A stretch of DNA of 63,946 nucleotides, counting the filler, from Perkinsus chesapeaki ATCC PRA-425 (lineage: Eukaryota; Protista; Perkinsozoa): assembly GCA_013115145.1 (NCBI GenBank). It is 5 parts of 5 records of this genome, joined end to end, with 100 filler letters (N's around TTAATTAATTAA, not from the genome) between each part and the next. Parts side by side here need not be neighbours in the genome. Positions count along the whole stretch, not along the records: positions 59,394 to 62,685 come from JAAPAO010001434.1; positions 62,786 to 63,946 come from JAAPAO010002140.1; 3 more parts are not named here. One strand, given 5' to 3'. Below are positions 61,960 through 63,946 of the stretch, one piece after another. The number at the start of each line of letters is the position of its first letter. The stretch's first letter is position 1. The position numbers and the translations under genes were made by a program. The notes under the pieces are model-generated. The model did no database searches. It was not told the DNA's origin and saw only the letters and a list, made by a program, of their open reading frames with translations.

Positions 61960-62685
61960 TTTAGGGGCGCGCCTAGCGAATCCGCAACTCAGAACTCGGC
62001 TCTGGCACCCAACTTGGGTGCAAGGTCTCGGTGGGTCACCCAACGGTCACCCAAGTCACCCAACTTGGGTGACCAAAAGTCTGACAGTCAGACTCTGACT
62101 AGAACATCGGCTCATATATCGGATATTATTGCGGCCCGCAATATGCGGGTTACACTAACGAGTCACTTGCTACACTTGTTACAAGTGCTAACTCAACTCC
62201 AGACAATACTGGGAAACTGCTAAAGCAGCATAAGTAGGCTACTTATCGGCGCTTATGCGTCGCGTGTCATTAACCCACTTTGAATATACAACCTCAACAA
62301 AATCCTCCAACTCCTTTTCCGAGTCTGAGCGACCAAGCTCTCGTTTTTCGGGTGGCCAAGTTAGATCAGCTATACCGGGGAACTTTGGGGCCTGTATCGA
62401 GATTCTCACCAGCGAACAGACTGTAGTAGGGGATAATGCGGCCCGGTGGGGATTGTCTATTCTCGTTGCAAAACTGGAGGCCCTCTCAACACTGCAAGAA
62501 GTGATGGGGCATGTCAATAAGAACGCCGCAACTTTACTGTGCTCGGTGAACATAGACCTCATGTAATAGTCAGCACAAAAAGCCCGCCAAAACTCCTGTT
62601 TATAAATCCTTGAACGCGGGAGTCAGCTCAATATGCCTTATTATAACTTCAGACTCGGCCGAGAGCTTTTCAAAGTCGAAGCCGA
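61960..62685 (-). mobile_element. hAT transposase C-terminal dimerisation domain (pseudogenised) plus probable subterminal region
   Basis: LLTCPITSCSVERASSFATRIDNPHRAALSPTTVCSLVRISIQAP fits the PxTSAxxERxFS..R..L hAT motif; in-frame TAA upstream (PAFKDL*TGV); short repeats at 62000-62100. Confidence 0.8.
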
Positions 62686-62785
62686 NNNNNNNNNNNNNNN
62701 NNNNNNNNNNNNNNNNNNNNNNNNNNNNNTTAATTAATTAANNNNNNNNNNNNNNNNNNNNNNNNNNNNNNNNNNNNNNNNNNNN
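62686..62785. other. Artificial contig linker
   Basis: N44-TTAATTAATTAA-N44. Confidence 0.97.
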
Positions 62786-62973
62786 CTTCTTATAGGCTTC
62801 TTATAGGCTTCTTATAGGCTTCTTATAGGCTTCTTATAAGCTTCTTATAGGCTTCTTATAGGCTTCTTATAGGCTTCTTATAGGCTTCTTATAAGCTTCT
62901 TATAGGCTTCTTAAAGGCTTCTTATAGGCTTCTTATAAGCTTCTTATAGGCTTCTTATAGGCTTCTTATAGGC
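62786..62973. repeat. 11-bp minisatellite (cttcttatagg)n, ~17 copies
   Basis: Directly visible with occasional g>a variants. Confidence 0.95.
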
Positions 62974-63310
62974 GCCTTGTAAGGTTTTCATAGTGTTGTT
63001 TCCACGTTATAGAAACCCGTGGCACGGGTACTAGGGGAGTGTTTTACGTGACATTTCTCGCGGTATAGCTACACCAGTGAATTAGGCGATTCATTAAAAC
63101 TAACCATCTAACCTCGCGCTAAGTTATGTCGCATCGCGTCACGGTAGAGGCTCTGCAAAACTGGTGGAACTGCGTTCATTGCGAACTGGCTACTGAATTA
63201 TTGTCGTTACTGCTGGGAGCTGACTTGAACCTTCACTTTCAAAAAGTGCTTATATATATTATTAAGTAAAGTACTATTGCATAATGAGCTAGTGCATCTT
63301 CAATTTTCAG

Positions 63311-63603
63311 ATCTGAGCTCATATTCGAGCCTCGCTGAAGCATCGGCGGCGTCCTTGGGGGAAATGAACCCTCTTGCAACTGTACATGTTATAAAAGAAC
63401 AGAATGTGAAAGTGAAGGACTACAGCACCGCTTCGATCGATCTCGCTGTGAACTTTTCCGAAGCCAAAAAAGTGGCTGAAATGGCGCGAACGGAGGGAGT
63501 GCCGGTATTCGTTTCCTTTGGATTTGGGGGAGTTGGCTGGTGGTGTGCTGACATGGTTGGTCATAGAGTTCTGGAGAGATCAGTTGGAAACAAGCCAGCG
63601 GTG
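63311..63603 (+). CDS. Exon of a ubiquitin-like activating enzyme E1 (ThiF/MoeB fold; SAE1/Aos1- or UBA1-N-like)
   Basis: SLAEASAASLGEMNPLATVHV..AEMARTEGVPVFVSFGFGGVGWWCADMVGH resembles NRAEAS...LNP.V.V and G..G..F.D.G.H of Aos1/UBA1; bounded by ttttcag and gtaag. Confidence 0.55.
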
Positions 63604-63718
63604 GTAAGCTGGGGGAATTATTAGTACTTAGTAGTGCTAGTCAGCCGCCTGTGATATTTAATAATAGTGGTTGCTTGTGGTATTTGTTAATAGTGACCAG
63701 TGGCATTAGCTACAGCTC

Positions 63719-63946
63719 AGTAATGAAATACTACTGGCAATTTACTAGTAATGAATACTACTGGTAATTTACTAGTAATAAATACTACTGGCAATTTACT
63801 AGTAATAAATACTACTGGTAATTTACTAGTAATAAATACTACTGGTAATTTACTAGTAATAAATACTACTGGCAATTTACTAGTAATAAATACTACTGGT
63901 AATTTACTAGTAATAAATACTACTGGCAATTTACTAGTAATAAATA
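63719..63946. repeat. 27-bp minisatellite, >8 copies, probably intronic
   Basis: agtaataaatactactgg(c/t)aatttact to the window end. Confidence 0.95.

Noticed and set aside
63717-63929. ORF of PVVFITSKL repeats
   Set aside because: Translation of a 27-bp minisatellite antisense to a probable intron.

Overview
Eukaryotic, intron-dense genomic DNA, not prokaryotic, so most short ORF-track entries are exon fragments or antisense noise. It is most likely a Perkinsus-like alveolate. That is an inference from the CDPK, the flagellar IFT38, many 30-60 nt GT-AG introns and a Cys-rich SYCK module. The window is five contigs joined by artificial 100-nt N/TTAATTAATTAA linkers, so adjacency across those joins is not evidence. 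Recognisable genes: an intronless mucin-like secreted protein (1-1262, absent from the ORF track), a tandem B-box/coiled-coil protein, an SCP2 lipid carrier, CLUAP1/IFT38, a calcium-dependent protein kinase, an SLC26/SulP anion transporter, a possible PWWP protein, two related Cys-rich/mucin genes and an E1/ThiF-like exon. There are also several unidentifiable multi-exon genes and a transposon graveyard (Tc1/IS630-like, BEL/Pao-like, hAT). The most unusual signals are non-coding: (i) a strong excess of perfect palindromes with exactly one central spacer base, (ii) two CpG-rich motifs recurring inside short introns in both orientations, (iii) a probable antisense gene nested in a 1.9-kb SLC26 intron, (iv) an IQ-like motif spliced in frame after the SLC26 STAS domain, and (v) a BEL/Pao-like relic in a protist-like genome. 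All gene models were made by eye; boundaries of hypothetical genes are approximate and no database searches were run.
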